Source: Spirochaetia bacterium
GTDB taxonomy: Bacteria; Spirochaetota; Spirochaetia; SZUA-6; Bin103
Assembly: GCA_965203055.1 (NCBI GenBank)
Contig: OZ241863.1
Coordinates: 480,001 to 544,000, forward strand
Reading direction: 5' to 3'
Length of the DNA stretch: 64,000 nt
Shown here: piece by piece, positions 1-10,382 of the stretch
How the letters are laid out: each line of letters opens with the position of its first letter
How positions within the stretch are numbered: the stretch's first letter is position 1
The notes under the pieces: generated by a model
Databases searched by the model: none
Seen by the model: the letters and a program-made list of their open reading frames with translations, nothing else
What the model was told of the DNA's origin: nothing
Program-made: the position numbers and the translations under genes

Positions 1-2
1 TC

Positions 3-1160
3 GAGCACGGCGGTACCCAGTGCGGGTTCTGCACCCCCGGCATCGTGGTGTCGCTGCACGGGCTGCTGCTCGACCGGGACAAGGGACTCTCGATCGACGA
101 CGTCAAGTACGCCCTGAGCGGCCACCTGTGCCGCTGCACCGGGTACCGCTCGCTCAAGGACTGCGCCGCCACGCTGGAACGGGAGCTGGGCGGCCGGCTC
201 GACGCGCGCGGCAGCGATCGGGTGGCGGCGCTGGCGGCCGCCGGAGCGATTCCCGATTACTTCACGACGATCCCGGAACGGTTGCGGGCGCTCCGGGAGG
301 AAGAGCCGGCCGGCAGCGGCGCCGCCTCCGGCCCGGCGCCGGAGGTGCGCATCGCCGGCGGCACCGACCTGTACGTGCAGCGGGGCGAGGAGATCCCGGA
401 CCGCCGCGTCGAGGTGTTGGGCCGGCGCCGGGAGCTGAAGGGCATCCGCCGCGCCGGCGGCGAGTTTCGCGCCGGCGCCTTCACCACCTTCGAGGAGTTC
501 GGCGCCCACCCGGCGGTGAACGCCGCGATTCCCCGCATCGCGGCGTTCAATCACCTGATCGCCTCCTGGCAGATCCGCAACCGCGCCACCCTGGCGGGCA
601 ACATCGTCAACGCCTCGCCGATCGGCGACTTCACCGCCCTGCTGCTGGCGTTGGACGCCAGCATCGTCCTGGCCGGCGGCGGCGGCCGGCGCTCGGTACC
701 GCTCAAGGAGTTCTACCGCGGCTACAAGCAGCTCGACCTGCGGCCCGGCGAGCTGCTCACCGAGGTGAGGTTCCCCGATCCGGCCGGCGCGCGGGTCAAC
801 TTCGAGAAGGTCTCCAAGCGCACCTGCCTCGACATCGCCTCGGTCAACGCCGCCTGCTCGATCCGCTGCGCCGGGGACGGCGACACCATCGCCGAAGCGC
901 ACTTCAGCCTGGGCGGCGTGGCGCCGGTGCCGCTCTACCTGCGCGCGGCCTCGCAGGCGGTGCGCGGCCGCGCCCTCGACCCGGACACGGCGCGGGAGGC
1001 GCTACGCCTTGCGGACGGGGAGATCGCGCCGATCTCCGACGTGCGCGGATCGGCCGCCTACAAGCGGCTGCTGGCGCGGCAGTTGCTGATCGCCCACTTC
1101 GTCACCCTCTTTCCCGAGCGCTTCACCGCCGAGGCGTTCCTGGCGGGCGGCACGCCGTGA
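3..1160 (+). CDS. xdhA: Xanthine dehydrogenase Fe-S/FAD subunit, 5'-truncated by window edge
   Basis: Frame from nt 3 reads EHGGTQCGFCTPG, then GHLCRCTGY (2Fe-2S motifs); IAGGTDL and QIRNRATLAGN FAD motifs; stop overlaps xdhB start (GTGA 1157-1160). Confidence 0.9.
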   Translation, partial: EHGGTQCGFCTPGIVVSLHGLLLDRDKGLSIDDVKYALSGHLCRCTGYRSLKDCAATLERELGGRLDARGSDRVAALAAAGAIPDYFTTIPERLRALREEEPAGSGAASGPAPEVRIAGGTDLYVQRGEEIPDRRVEVLGRRRELKGIRRAGGEFRAGAFTTFEEFGAHPAVNAAIPRIAAFNHLIASWQIRNRATLAGNIVNASPIGDFTALLLALDASIVLAGGGGRRSVPLKEFYRGYKQLDLRPGELLTEVRFPDPAGARVNFEKVSKRTCLDIASVNAACSIRCAGDGDTIAEAHFSLGGVAPVPLYLRAASQAVRGRALDPDTAREALRLADGEIAPISDVRGSAAYKRLLARQLLIAHFVTLFPERFTAEAFLAGGTP

Positions 1161-3412
1161 CGCACGTCGACTCGCACCTGCACGTGCGCGGCGAATCGCA
1201 GTACGTGGACGACGCGCCGCCGCCGCCGGGGATGCTGCACGCCGCGGTGTTCGGCTCCCCCAAGGCGCACGGCGTCATCACCCGGCTCGCCGCCGACCGG
1301 GCGCGTGCGGCCCCCGGCGTGGCGGCGGTGCTCACCGCGGCCGACATCCCCGGCGTCAACCGCTTCGGCCCGATCATCGAGGACGAGCAGTTGCTGGTGG
1401 AGCGCGAGGTCTGCTTCATCGGCCATCCCATCGCCGTCGTGGTCGCCCGCAGCGCGCACCGGGCGCGGCAGGCGCGCGACCTGATCGAGGTCGAGATCGA
1501 CGACCTGCCGGTGGTGGTCGACCCGCGCGCGGCGTTCGCGCGCGGCGACCTGATCCATCCGCCGCGCACCATGGCGATGGGCGACGTGGCCGGCGCCTGG
1601 CGGGAGTGCGCGCTGGTGGTGGAGGGGCGCTGCGAGATCGGCGGCCAGGAGCATCTCTACCTGGAGACGCAGCGCTGCCGCGCGGTCCCCCTGGAAGACG
1701 GCGCGATCCGGGTCTTCTCCTCCACCCAGGGGCCGGCCGCGGTGCAGCACGTGACCGCGGCCGTGCTCGGCAAGCCGATGCATCAGGTGGAGGTCGACGT
1801 GAAGCGGCTCGGCGGCGGCTTCGGCGGCAAGGAGGACCAGGCCACCCACTGGGCGGCGATGGCGGCGCTGGCCGCCGCGCATCTGGACGCGCCGGTGGAG
1901 CTGGTGCTGAACCGGCCGGACGACATCAGGATGACCGGCAAGCGCCATCCCTACTCCGCCGACTTCAAGATCGGCCTGACCGCGGACCGCAAGATCCTCG
2001 CCTACGAGGCGACCTTCTATCAGAACTCCGGGGCGTTCGCCGACCTCTCCCCGCCGGTGCTGGCGCGCACGCTGTTCCACGCTACCAACGCCTACTTCAT
2101 CCCCAACGTGCGGGTGACCGCGGCGCCGTGCCGCACCAACCTGCAGCCGCACACCGCCTTTCGCGGCTTCGGCGGGCCGCAGGGGATGTTCGTGATCGAG
2201 GCCGCGATCAACAAGGCGGCCGACGCGCTGGGGATCGAGGCGGCGGCGATCCAGCGCGCCAACCTGCTGCGCGACGGCGACCGGTTCCATTACGGCCAGC
2301 GGGTGGAGGCGAGCCGCGCCGAGCGGACCTGGGACGAGCTGACGGCGGCCTTCGCGGTCGATGCGATCCGGCGGCGGGCGGCGGCGTTCAACCGCGCCAA
2401 CTTCGCGGTCAAGAAGGGCTGCGCGCTGATGCCGGTCTGCTTCGGCATCTCCTTCACCAAGAGCCACCTCAATCAGGGCAACGCGCTGGTCCACGTCTAC
2501 GCCGACGGCAGCGTGAGCGTGACCACCGGCGGCATCGAGATGGGGCAGGGCATCAGCAGCAACGTCGCCGCGGTGGTGGCGCGCACCTTCGGCATCGAGC
2601 CGCGGCGGGTGCGGGTGGAGAGCACCAACACCACGCGGATCGCCAACATGTCGCCGAGCGCCGCCAGCGCCACCACCGACCTGAACGGCAACGCCGCGGC
2701 CATCGCCGTCGAGACGATTCTCCGGGGCATGCGGGAGGTGGCGGCCGGGGAGCTGGGCGCGGCGGAACCGGGCGCGGTGACCATCGCCGGCGAGCGGGTG
2801 CGCGTGGCCGGCGAGCCGGCCGGCATGAGTTGGCAGGACCTGGTGGGCCTCACCTACCGCGCGCGCCGGCGGCTGTCGGCGCACGGCTACTACGCCACGC
2901 CCGGCCTCCACTACGACGAGGAGCGCGAGCGGGGGCGGCCGTTCGCCTACCACGTCTACGGCGCCGCCGTGTTCGAGGTGACCGTCGACTGCCTGCGCGG
3001 CACCTGCGCCGTGGATCAGGTGAAGATCGTCCACGACCTGGGCCGCTCCATCAATCCGAGCGTCGACCGCGGCCAGGTCGAAGGCGGGCTGGCGCAGGGC
3101 ATGGGCTGGATGACGCTGGAGGACCTGCAGTGGGACCGGGAAGGCCGCTGCCTCTCCCACGCGCTGTCGACCTACAAGGCGCCGGACGTCTACTTCATGC
3201 CGGACGACATGGCGGTCAAGTTCCTGGAACCGGAGCGCAACCCCTACGGTCCGCTCGGCGCCAAGGCGGTCGGCGAGCCGCCCCTGATGTACGGCATCGG
3301 CCTGTTCTTCGCCATCCGCAACGCGATGAAGGCATTCCGCCCCGGCGCCGACCTCCGCCTCGACGCCCCCATGACCCCGGAACGCGTGCTGCTCGACCTG
3401 CACCCCGGATGA
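1157..3412 (+). CDS. xdhB: Xanthine dehydrogenase molybdopterin-binding subunit
   Basis: GQEHLYLE, RLGGGFGGKE, TAFRGFGGPQG, GGIEMGQG, AKAVGEPP motifs; start placed at GTG 1157, the upstream part of ORF 20..3412 overlaps xdhA out of frame. Confidence 0.92.
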   Translation: MTHVDSHLHVRGESQYVDDAPPPPGMLHAAVFGSPKAHGVITRLAADRARAAPGVAAVLTAADIPGVNRFGPIIEDEQLLVEREVCFIGHPIAVVVARSAHRARQARDLIEVEIDDLPVVVDPRAAFARGDLIHPPRTMAMGDVAGAWRECALVVEGRCEIGGQEHLYLETQRCRAVPLEDGAIRVFSSTQGPAAVQHVTAAVLGKPMHQVEVDVKRLGGGFGGKEDQATHWAAMAALAAAHLDAPVELVLNRPDDIRMTGKRHPYSADFKIGLTADRKILAYEATFYQNSGAFADLSPPVLARTLFHATNAYFIPNVRVTAAPCRTNLQPHTAFRGFGGPQGMFVIEAAINKAADALGIEAAAIQRANLLRDGDRFHYGQRVEASRAERTWDELTAAFAVDAIRRRAAAFNRANFAVKKGCALMPVCFGISFTKSHLNQGNALVHVYADGSVSVTTGGIEMGQGISSNVAAVVARTFGIEPRRVRVESTNTTRIANMSPSAASATTDLNGNAAAIAVETILRGMREVAAGELGAAEPGAVTIAGERVRVAGEPAGMSWQDLVGLTYRARRRLSAHGYYATPGLHYDEERERGRPFAYHVYGAAVFEVTVDCLRGTCAVDQVKIVHDLGRSINPSVDRGQVEGGLAQGMGWMTLEDLQWDREGRCLSHALSTYKAPDVYFMPDDMAVKFLEPERNPYGPLGAKAVGEPPLMYGIGLFFAIRNAMKAFRPGADLRLDAPMTPERVLLDLHPG

Positions 3413-5592
3413 GCATCGAACGCGACTTCGACGTTCCCATGATCGCCGGCCTGGCGCTGCGGGAGAAGCAGATACAGCAGAACTACCGTCCGGTCATTGG
3501 CGTTCACAAGTGGTTTGCGCGCCGTCCCGGCACGCTGTTCCGCGGCCTCCTGCTGGCCGAATTCGGAACCGGCCCATTGCAAGACACGTTCTTTGCCGGC
3601 AATGACTTGCTCGGCCGGCGCATCGCCGACCCGTTCATGGGCGGCGGCACGCCCCTGATCGAGGCGAATCGACTCGGCTGCGACGTGCAGGGATTCGACG
3701 TCAATCCGATGGCCGCCTGGATCGTACGCGAGGAGATCGACCATCTCGATCTGGCCGCGTACGGACGGGCCGCCGGGAGCCTGGTCGACACGCTGCGCGG
3801 CGAGATCGGGCCGTACTACCGCACCTTCTGCCCGCGTTACGGCGACGCCGAGGTGCCGGTGAAGTCGTTCCTGTGGGTCAAGACGCTCGCCTGCGCGGGG
3901 TGCGGCGAGTCGATCGATCTGTTCCCCGGATACCTGCTGGCGGCGAACCGGCGCCACCCGACCAACGTGCTCGTCTGCGCCGCGTGCGGCGATCTCAACG
4001 AGGTAGCGGACCGCGACGATCCAGGGGGATGCGCTGCCTGCGGCCGCGCGCTCCGGTTGACGGGGCCGGCGCGCAGAGGCCGCTGCGATTGCCCCCGTTG
4101 CGGGCATCCGAACCCCTATCCGGGCAAGTCCGGCCGCCCCTTGCAGCATCGCCTGTTCGCCATCGAATACCACAATCACCGGCGGAAGGGCGAGCATCGG
4201 GGACGCTTCTTCAAGCGGCCCGACGCGGACGACCTGGCGCGCGCGAACGCGGCCGGCGAACGCTGGCGGCGGCTTGCGCCGCGCTTCGTCCCCGACGACG
4301 CGATCCCGCCGGGCGACGAGACCGGCCGACTGCACCGCTGGGGATACACCCGCTACCGCGACCTGTTCAACGGGCGCCAGCTTCTCGGTCTGGAGTTGAG
4401 TTGCCGCCTCGTTTCCCAGGTCGAGGACCGGCGGTTGCACCGCGCGCTGGCAACCAATCTGTCCGATCTGTTGCGCTATCAGAACCTGCTCTGCCGCTAC
4501 GATCCCATGGCGCTCAAGGCGCTGGACATCTTTTCCGTCCATGGCTTCCCGGTAGGATTGATCCAGTGCGAGTCCAACCTGCTCGGGATTACCGGTGAGA
4601 ACGGGGCAAACGTCGGCTCCGGCGGTTGGACCAACATCATCGACAAGTACGCCAAGGCGAAACGCTATTGCGCCGCGCCGTTCGAGGTGCGCCGCCACGG
4701 CGCGCGCAACCTGCAGGTGCCGATTACCGGTGAGTGGATCGGCGAGCAGCGCGACGGCCGGCGGCGGGCGGTGGGCATTCGTTGCGCCGACGCGACGCAG
4801 GTGGAGCTTCCGGCCCGCAGCCTCGATGCCGTGTTCACGGATCCGCCCTACTTCGGCAACGTCCAGTACGGCGAGCTGATGGACTTCTGCTACGTATGGC
4901 TCCGCCGGCTGGCCGGCAACCGAGCCGATGGCTTCGACCGCCGTTCCACGCGGTCACCGCGAGAGCTGACCGGGAACACCACCGGGGAACGCGGCCTCGA
5001 TCATTTCACCGAAGGACTTGCCGGCGTCTACACGCGCATGGCCCGCGCCTTGAAGCCGGGTGCGCCGCTGGCGTTCACGTTCCATCACAACAAGCTGGAA
5101 GCCTACTACGCCGTCGGAATCGCGATTCTCGATGCCGGGCTGGTCTGTTCGGCGTCGCTGCCATGCCCGGCCGAAATGGGAGGTTCGATCCACATCCACG
5201 GCACCGGATCGTCGATCATCGACACCGTGTTCGTATGCCGCGCTACCGGTACGGTGCCGCGCCGCTGGCTGGCCGGCACCTCGGAGGAGGTCGCGGCCCT
5301 CGTTGCCAAAGACGTCACCTTGCTGGAGGCTGCAGGCCGCACGCCTACTCGCGGCGATACCCGGTGCATGGTCTTTGGTCATCTGACCCGTCTGGCGGCG
5401 TGGAATCTGAGGCGCAGTTGGGACGTGAACCTGCCCACCGCGCAGAAGGCGGCCACGTTCGCGGCAGCCGTTGCCCACATGGGCGCCCCGGAGGCGATCA
5501 TTGCAGCCGTGCTTCCGGCCGCCGCGTCACCGGGGCCGCTCTTCGCCGCGGCGCTACACGACCAGGAAGATCACTATGCCGTTCCCTTTTGA
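3409..5592 (+). CDS. DNA amino-methyltransferase (DUF1156-like) with Cys-rich insert
   Basis: HKWFARRP, DPFMGGG (motif I), FTDPPY (motif IV), several CxxC pairs; ATG 3409 overlaps xdhB stop. Confidence 0.85.
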   Translation: MSIERDFDVPMIAGLALREKQIQQNYRPVIGVHKWFARRPGTLFRGLLLAEFGTGPLQDTFFAGNDLLGRRIADPFMGGGTPLIEANRLGCDVQGFDVNPMAAWIVREEIDHLDLAAYGRAAGSLVDTLRGEIGPYYRTFCPRYGDAEVPVKSFLWVKTLACAGCGESIDLFPGYLLAANRRHPTNVLVCAACGDLNEVADRDDPGGCAACGRALRLTGPARRGRCDCPRCGHPNPYPGKSGRPLQHRLFAIEYHNHRRKGEHRGRFFKRPDADDLARANAAGERWRRLAPRFVPDDAIPPGDETGRLHRWGYTRYRDLFNGRQLLGLELSCRLVSQVEDRRLHRALATNLSDLLRYQNLLCRYDPMALKALDIFSVHGFPVGLIQCESNLLGITGENGANVGSGGWTNIIDKYAKAKRYCAAPFEVRRHGARNLQVPITGEWIGEQRDGRRRAVGIRCADATQVELPARSLDAVFTDPPYFGNVQYGELMDFCYVWLRRLAGNRADGFDRRSTRSPRELTGNTTGERGLDHFTEGLAGVYTRMARALKPGAPLAFTFHHNKLEAYYAVGIAILDAGLVCSASLPCPAEMGGSIHIHGTGSSIIDTVFVCRATGTVPRRWLAGTSEEVAALVAKDVTLLEAAGRTPTRGDTRCMVFGHLTRLAAWNLRRSWDVNLPTAQKAATFAAAVAHMGAPEAIIAAVLPAAASPGPLFAAALHDQEDHYAVPF

Positions 5593-6646
5593 GGTCAGCT
5601 TCGCAGAGATTCGGGCTGATCCGGATGCTTACGTGGACGCGGTGTTCGGCGCTCTCCATTCCGAGTTCATGCTGATGCCCCGCGGCAAGGGATTCGTGGA
5701 GTTCAACACGTTCGAAGCAGGCTACGAGACGTTGAAGCGGGCCACCGCGGGTTTCCGGGACGTCACTCCGGAGACCGTCACGCGAGCGATATTCGAAGTG
5801 CCGGTGACGCTGTTGGTGCTGCGCTGCATTCTCGGCTTCACTCCCTCTGAGTGGGCCGCTTACGCGACGGGCTACACCGGCGTCGAGATCACCCAGGGTG
5901 CGGCGCGAACCATTGACCGCGCAGTCCGAATAAACCCGGGAGCAGCCCTTACGGGGCGAGGAGCGGTGACCGAAGACCGAGTCCGGGCACTGGTCGCCGC
6001 CGCCTGTCATCTTCTTGAATCCGGAGTGCCGGTGGACGTTCCTCACGACAGCCTCCACCGATTCGACAAGGCCGATACCAGAGAGGGACTTTCCGGTGTC
6101 CGCTTGATGGCGGACTTGGGTGTCCCCTATTCCATGCTGTTGTATGAGCGTTTCCTGGGCCGGCCGTTTGCCGCTCACCGCGATTCCGTGAGTGAGCTGG
6201 TCGGAAACCTGGTTGAGAGCGCCATCGAAGACGTGCTGACCCGCGCCGGGATCAGCTTTCGCAAGACCGGACGAGCGGAGCGGCTGCCGGGATTCGATCA
6301 GGCTCCCGACTTCGTCATCCCCAACGAGTTCAACCCGCAGATCGTGATCGAGGCCAAGCTCACCGAAGACGACGGTACGGCACGCGACAAAGTCACGCGC
6401 GTCCAGCACCTGGCCTCGCTCGGCGCCGAAGGCCGTCCTTCCGAACAGCCGGCATTCGAAGTAGTCGCCTGCATCGCCGGCCGGGGCTTTGGCGTACGCC
6501 GCGAAGACATGCGCAAGCTGTTGCTCGCCACCCGAGGCAAGGTCTTCACGTTGCAGAACATCCGGCAACTCGTGGAGCACACCCGCCTCCGTGAGTTCCG
6601 CACACGGTCAGATCATCGCCCCCGACCCGACGGACCGTCAGGCTGA
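5576..6646 (+). CDS. Putative restriction endonuclease, PD-(D/E)xK fold
   Basis: APDFVIP...IVIEAK motif near C-terminus; overlaps 3' end of the methyltransferase. Confidence 0.7.
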   Translation: MPFPFEVSFAEIRADPDAYVDAVFGALHSEFMLMPRGKGFVEFNTFEAGYETLKRATAGFRDVTPETVTRAIFEVPVTLLVLRCILGFTPSEWAAYATGYTGVEITQGAARTIDRAVRINPGAALTGRGAVTEDRVRALVAAACHLLESGVPVDVPHDSLHRFDKADTREGLSGVRLMADLGVPYSMLLYERFLGRPFAAHRDSVSELVGNLVESAIEDVLTRAGISFRKTGRAERLPGFDQAPDFVIPNEFNPQIVIEAKLTEDDGTARDKVTRVQHLASLGAEGRPSEQPAFEVVACIAGRGFGVRREDMRKLLLATRGKVFTLQNIRQLVEHTRLREFRTRSDHRPRPDGPSG

Positions 6647-6791
6647 GGTGCTTTATCCGGGGGAAGTGCCATGTAGTTGGCTGCGACGAGTGGACGTTCA
6701 GTTGGCGAAGACCATGGAAGATATCTGTGGTGCGCTGGCGGTGTTCAAACGGGACGTATCGGTCCGACACACACCGGAGGTGTTCGAATGA
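6627..6791 (+). pseudogene. C-terminal relic of a DarT/DUF4433-like DNA ADP-ribosyltransferase
   Basis: Frame reads PTDRQAEVLYPGEVP...VFE*, resembling the QAE catalytic motif; stop overlaps next ATG (ATGA 6788-6791); no N-terminus. Confidence 0.5.
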
Positions 6792-8426
6792 AGGAAGGCA
6801 ACCTGTTTTTCGAACGATGCTATCGCTGATGCGGCGCGCGCAGGGCATCGTCAAGACGGTGCCGGCGGCTCGAGCGACCGTGGCGCCCGTATCCGGCGTT
6901 CATCGCTTTGGGCAGCATACGGAGACGCCTTGGGATGGATCAGCGAGCTGACCGATAAAGACGGACTCAGACGGAGGACCGATGGCGCGCCGCTGTCAGA
7001 GCCTGTGGCATGGACACGCCGGATCGGCGGTCGTGCCGGTATCAACGTGCGGCTTCCTCGTGGTTGCTACTCGGACGACTCGCAACTGCGGCTGGCGACC
7101 GGACGCGCCATCAGCGCGGGCGGTTTCGACGTGGAGGCTTTTGCCAAGGTCGAGCTTCCGGTATGGCTGAGCTACGCTCTTGGTGCGGGAAAATCCACGA
7201 CTGCGGCGGCGGAGAACCTTGCGAGACCGAGGTCTTCTTGGTACGCGAATCAATTCAAGGGTTGGACTGAATCGGGTGGAAATGGCGCGGCGATGCGCAT
7301 CCAGCCCCACGTGTGGGCTGCGCGGACACCGGACGATCCAGAGAGCTTTCTTCCGGATGTTGTGCGCAACGCGATCTGCACCCATTCGCATCCCACAGGT
7401 CTGATGGGAGCAGTGCTCCATGCACTGTGTGTCGGCCATGCGATAGCTGACGCACGTTGCCCAACTTCCAACGAGCTTGCCAAATCGATCGAAGTTGCTA
7501 AACGGCTACCGGAAATCATGGCGAATGACGTTGAATTCCGATACTGGCGCGTTGCATTTGAGCAGGTAGCAGGAGACCTTAGCGAAGCCTGGGACGTCGT
7601 GGTAGAAGATACACGGGGAGCAGTATGAATAGTCAACACAATCGCGAAGAACGTGACCCGAGACCGCTACAAAAACATGGTGAACGGGCTGCGTCTGCGT
7701 GATCCTGCGCGTCGAGGAAGCGGAATGCTTACGGCCGTGGCTGCTATCGCACTGACTTGGTGGGAGCCCCGCCCCGCGGAGGCAATGCGAATCGCCGCAA
7801 ACGAAGTCGGTACGGACACCGACACCATCGCGACGATGGCCGGCGCCATCGTCGGCGCCGTGGCGGACGCGGATCCACCGGTAGAAGTGATCGACGCCGA
7901 TCTCTTTCGTGCCGAGGCAGATCGATTGGCGGCGATTGCCGCCGGGGGCTACTCGCCGCCGAGTCACCGATATCCCGATCTGCTGCGCTGGTCGGCACCG
8001 GCATCGCGTGCTGACGCACTGATATCATCGAAGAATGGTCGCTTGAGGGTGTGTGGTCTAGGCGGCGTGTCGGAGGAAAAGAGCGAGCCGATCAAGTCCG
8101 CGCACGCAGGTTTCCTGTGGCAATGGATCAGGCTTGAGTACGGGCAGACCCTTCTGATCAAACGTCGTGTCAACGTACGATCCGTCGATGATGTAGACGA
8201 TGGAACGTCCGCTGCAGGAGGATCAAACGGACATGACGTCCGATCGAGGCAAGTGACTTCTGACAGGGGGGATCTGAATACGGTGCTCTCGTACGTAAAG
8301 GATCATATCGGCAGCGATGAGGAGATAGGGCGTGCGCTACGGCAGGTAGTGAACAAGAGCACACCAGGCGAAATTCACGAGTTCACAGGCAAGCTCATCG
8401 ATCTTATTCGTTCCGGGGCCCGGTGA
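6788..8426 (+). pseudogene. ADP-ribosylglycohydrolase (ARH/DraG family), disrupted
   Basis: AAYGDALG, YSDDSQ, GNGAAMR, THSHP, GTDTDTIATMAG all in one frame; in-frame TGA 7626-7628; ATG 6788 joins this frame only if one base is removed around the T5 run 6806-6810. Confidence 0.8.
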
Positions 8427-8464
8427 CTGTCTCGGTTGATGGCGGTCCGGTGCCGGCCTTGAAG

Positions 8465-8821
8465 TCAGCTGCCGCGGTAGGTGGTGTAGCTCCAGGGTGA
8501 GACCAGCAGGGGGACGTGGTAGTGGGTGTCGGCGGCGATGCCGAAGCGGATCGAGACCTGATCCAGGAACGGCGGATCAGGTAACGCCACGCCCGCGCCG
8601 GTGAAGTACTCGCCCACGTGGAACACCATCTCCCACCGGCCGGTGCGGAAGGCGTCCCCTGCGAGCAGCGGCGCGTCGCAGCGCCCGTCCTGATTGGTGC
8701 GGGCGGTCGCCACCAGGCGGCGTTCCGCGCCGGCGGAGCCGACGGCAAATAGCTCCACCCGGATGCCGGCGCCCGGCCGGCCCTGCGCGGTATCGAGGAC
8801 GTGGGTAGTGAGCTGGCCCAT
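8465..8821 (-). CDS. uraH: 5-hydroxyisourate hydrolase (transthyretin-like)
   Basis: [21 protein letters not shown], terminal YRGS. Confidence 0.95.
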   Translation of the reverse strand: MGQLTTHVLDTAQGRPGAGIRVELFAVGSAGAERRLVATARTNQDGRCDAPLLAGDAFRTGRWEMVFHVGEYFTGAGVALPDPPFLDQVSIRFGIAADTHYHVPLLVSPWSYTTYRGS

Positions 8822-8822
8822 T

Positions 8823-9674
8823 TCATTTCCTCCGCAGCGTCGCTTCGATCTGGCCGTTGGGTTCGTCGGTCGGCAGGAACAGCCGCCCCCGGGCGTCGCG
8901 GCCGAAGGCGGACAGATTGATCGCCAGGTAGTGGACGTTGGGCATCGCCAGCGTGATTTCGGTGATGGCCGGCGCCGCGGCCAGGGCGGCCTCTCCCATG
9001 CGGTAGAGGCTGTCCTGCACCGAGTGGCTGAAGGTGGCCGCGAAGACCCGCAGCAGGGCGGCGCGGATGGCGGCGGCGGTGCCGCTGAAGTCAACCCCCG
9101 GGCCGTGACCGGCGTCAGCGAAGCGCCACGCCGCGCGCAGCCGAGTGGCCAGGATACGGTCGGTGGTCGGCGCCAGGGTGGTGTACTCATCCTGCGGGAA
9201 GCCGGTAAATCCCGACTCGGTGGTCTTCATGATCGCCAGGTCGCGCACCCCGCCCACGATCTCGCGCGTGGACCGGGTGGCCGTGACGCGGGAGAACGGC
9301 GTCCCGCCTTCGGCGCGAACGAAGCTGTGATCGTGGGGCTGCCCGTCGATCCGCAGCCGGCCCCAGACCGTCTCTTCGACTTCGACCTGCGCTTCCGAGA
9401 CCTGCGGGTACCGATCCAGAAAGCACTGCGCGATCGCCAGCGCGAACGGCTCGTTGGCAGCATCGACGTGCTCGAAGGCCAGCACGTTTACCAGATTCTT
9501 CATCGTGTCGGTGGGTACCACGGAGGAATTGTCCGCCGCGGTGTAGGCGCGGGCGAAGTCGCCGTCCAGGGTCACCTTGACGCGCGCTTCGCGCACCTCG
9601 TGGCGCTGCCGGGCGCGTTGCACCCGCAGCACCCGCACGTTGGCCTTTCCATACTGCTGTCCAACAAACGGCAT
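8823..9674 (-). CDS. pucL: Urate oxidase (uricase)
   Basis: YGKxx[24 protein letters not shown] motifs. Confidence 0.92.
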   Translation of the reverse strand: MPFVGQQYGKANVRVLRVQRARQRHEVREARVKVTLDGDFARAYTAADNSSVVPTDTMKNLVNVLAFEHVDAANEPFALAIAQCFLDRYPQVSEAQVEVEETVWGRLRIDGQPHDHSFVRAEGGTPFSRVTATRSTREIVGGVRDLAIMKTTESGFTGFPQDEYTTLAPTTDRILATRLRAAWRFADAGHGPGVDFSGTAAAIRAALLRVFAATFSHSVQDSLYRMGEAALAAAPAITEITLAMPNVHYLAINLSAFGRDARGRLFLPTDEPNGQIEATLRRK

Positions 9675-9686
9675 CGACGTTGCCCC

Positions 9687-9923
9687 TTAGCGTGAGAAGC
9701 CGTTGGCCGGGTGCATGCTCTGGACAGTGTCCGCCTCGGCCTGGGGCAGCTCGTTGCTGCAGTTCAGATCCTTGGGTCTCCTGCGAGCCGCTACCTTGAG
9801 CAACTCCCGTAATTCCCGTTCCGCCCTGGGATCAAGCGGCCGGCCGAGCCGGGGCTCCCCCTCGATACTTTCGATGAGATCTCGTTCCTCGTCGTCAAGA
9901 TAGGTGAGTGGTGAATCAGTCAT
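9687..9923 (-). CDS. Small hypothetical protein, possibly a truncated antitoxin-like gene
   Basis: Strong SD (AAGGAGGAG) just before ATG; acidic N-terminus LDDEERDLIESIE; C-terminus uninformative. Confidence 0.4.
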   Translation of the reverse strand: MTDSPLTYLDDEERDLIESIEGEPRLGRPLDPRAERELRELLKVAARRRPKDLNCSNELPQAEADTVQSMHPANGFSR

Positions 9924-9944
9924 TTCTCCTCCTTACCTGGCCGG

Positions 9945-10382
9945 TCAGGTCAGGTGTTCGATCTGGACGCCGCCCCAACGGGCGTCGAGGTATTCGGCGA
10001 CCAGGCGGCGGTGGCAGCGGTGCGGCTGATGCTCGCTGCACAGCAGGCAGCCGCCGTCCAGAAGCGCGCGCGGGATCGTCTCTGCCACCCGCCGCTCGCG
10101 CATCAGGTCCAGGAATCGCGCCTCGTAGGTGTCCCAATCGATGCGCTTCTTGCGGTAGTCGCTGAGCAGGGCCTGAGTGGGTGCGAGGCGCGGCTCGTGG
10201 ACGTAGTCGATGCCGCAGAGCTGATCCAGAAACCAGAACAAGTCGTCCTGCTTGGCGAAACCGGATAGCTGCGAGGTATTGTTGAGCCGTACGTCCAGCA
10301 CCCGTTTGACGCCCGATTCCCGGAGCAGTCCGAAGAACCGACGCGCGGACTTCCTGGTGAAGCCGATGGTGGCGATTCTCAC
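9945..10382 (-). CDS. DUF488 family protein
   Basis: TIGFT, DVR, LAP, LLCSE..P..CHR motifs. Confidence 0.85.
   Translation of the reverse strand: MRIATIGFTRKSARRFFGLLRESGVKRVLDVRLNNTSQLSGFAKQDDLFWFLDQLCGIDYVHEPRLAPTQALLSDYRKKRIDWDTYEARFLDLMRERRVAETIPRALLDGGCLLCSEHQPHRCHRRLVAEYLDARWGGVQIEHLT

Noticed and set aside
20..1156. Long N-terminal extensions on ORFs 20..3412, 1606..5592, 23432..26068, 48051..51614 and 50711..52354 suggesting fusions
   Set aside because: Arg/Gly/Pro-rich off-frame read-through of neighbouring genes in GC-rich DNA; real starts lie at overlaps with the preceding stop or further downstream.
7626..7628. In-frame TGA as selenocysteine or recoding
   Set aside because: The same gene also has an upstream frameshift, TGA is the normal stop throughout the window, and no SECIS-like hairpin was evident.
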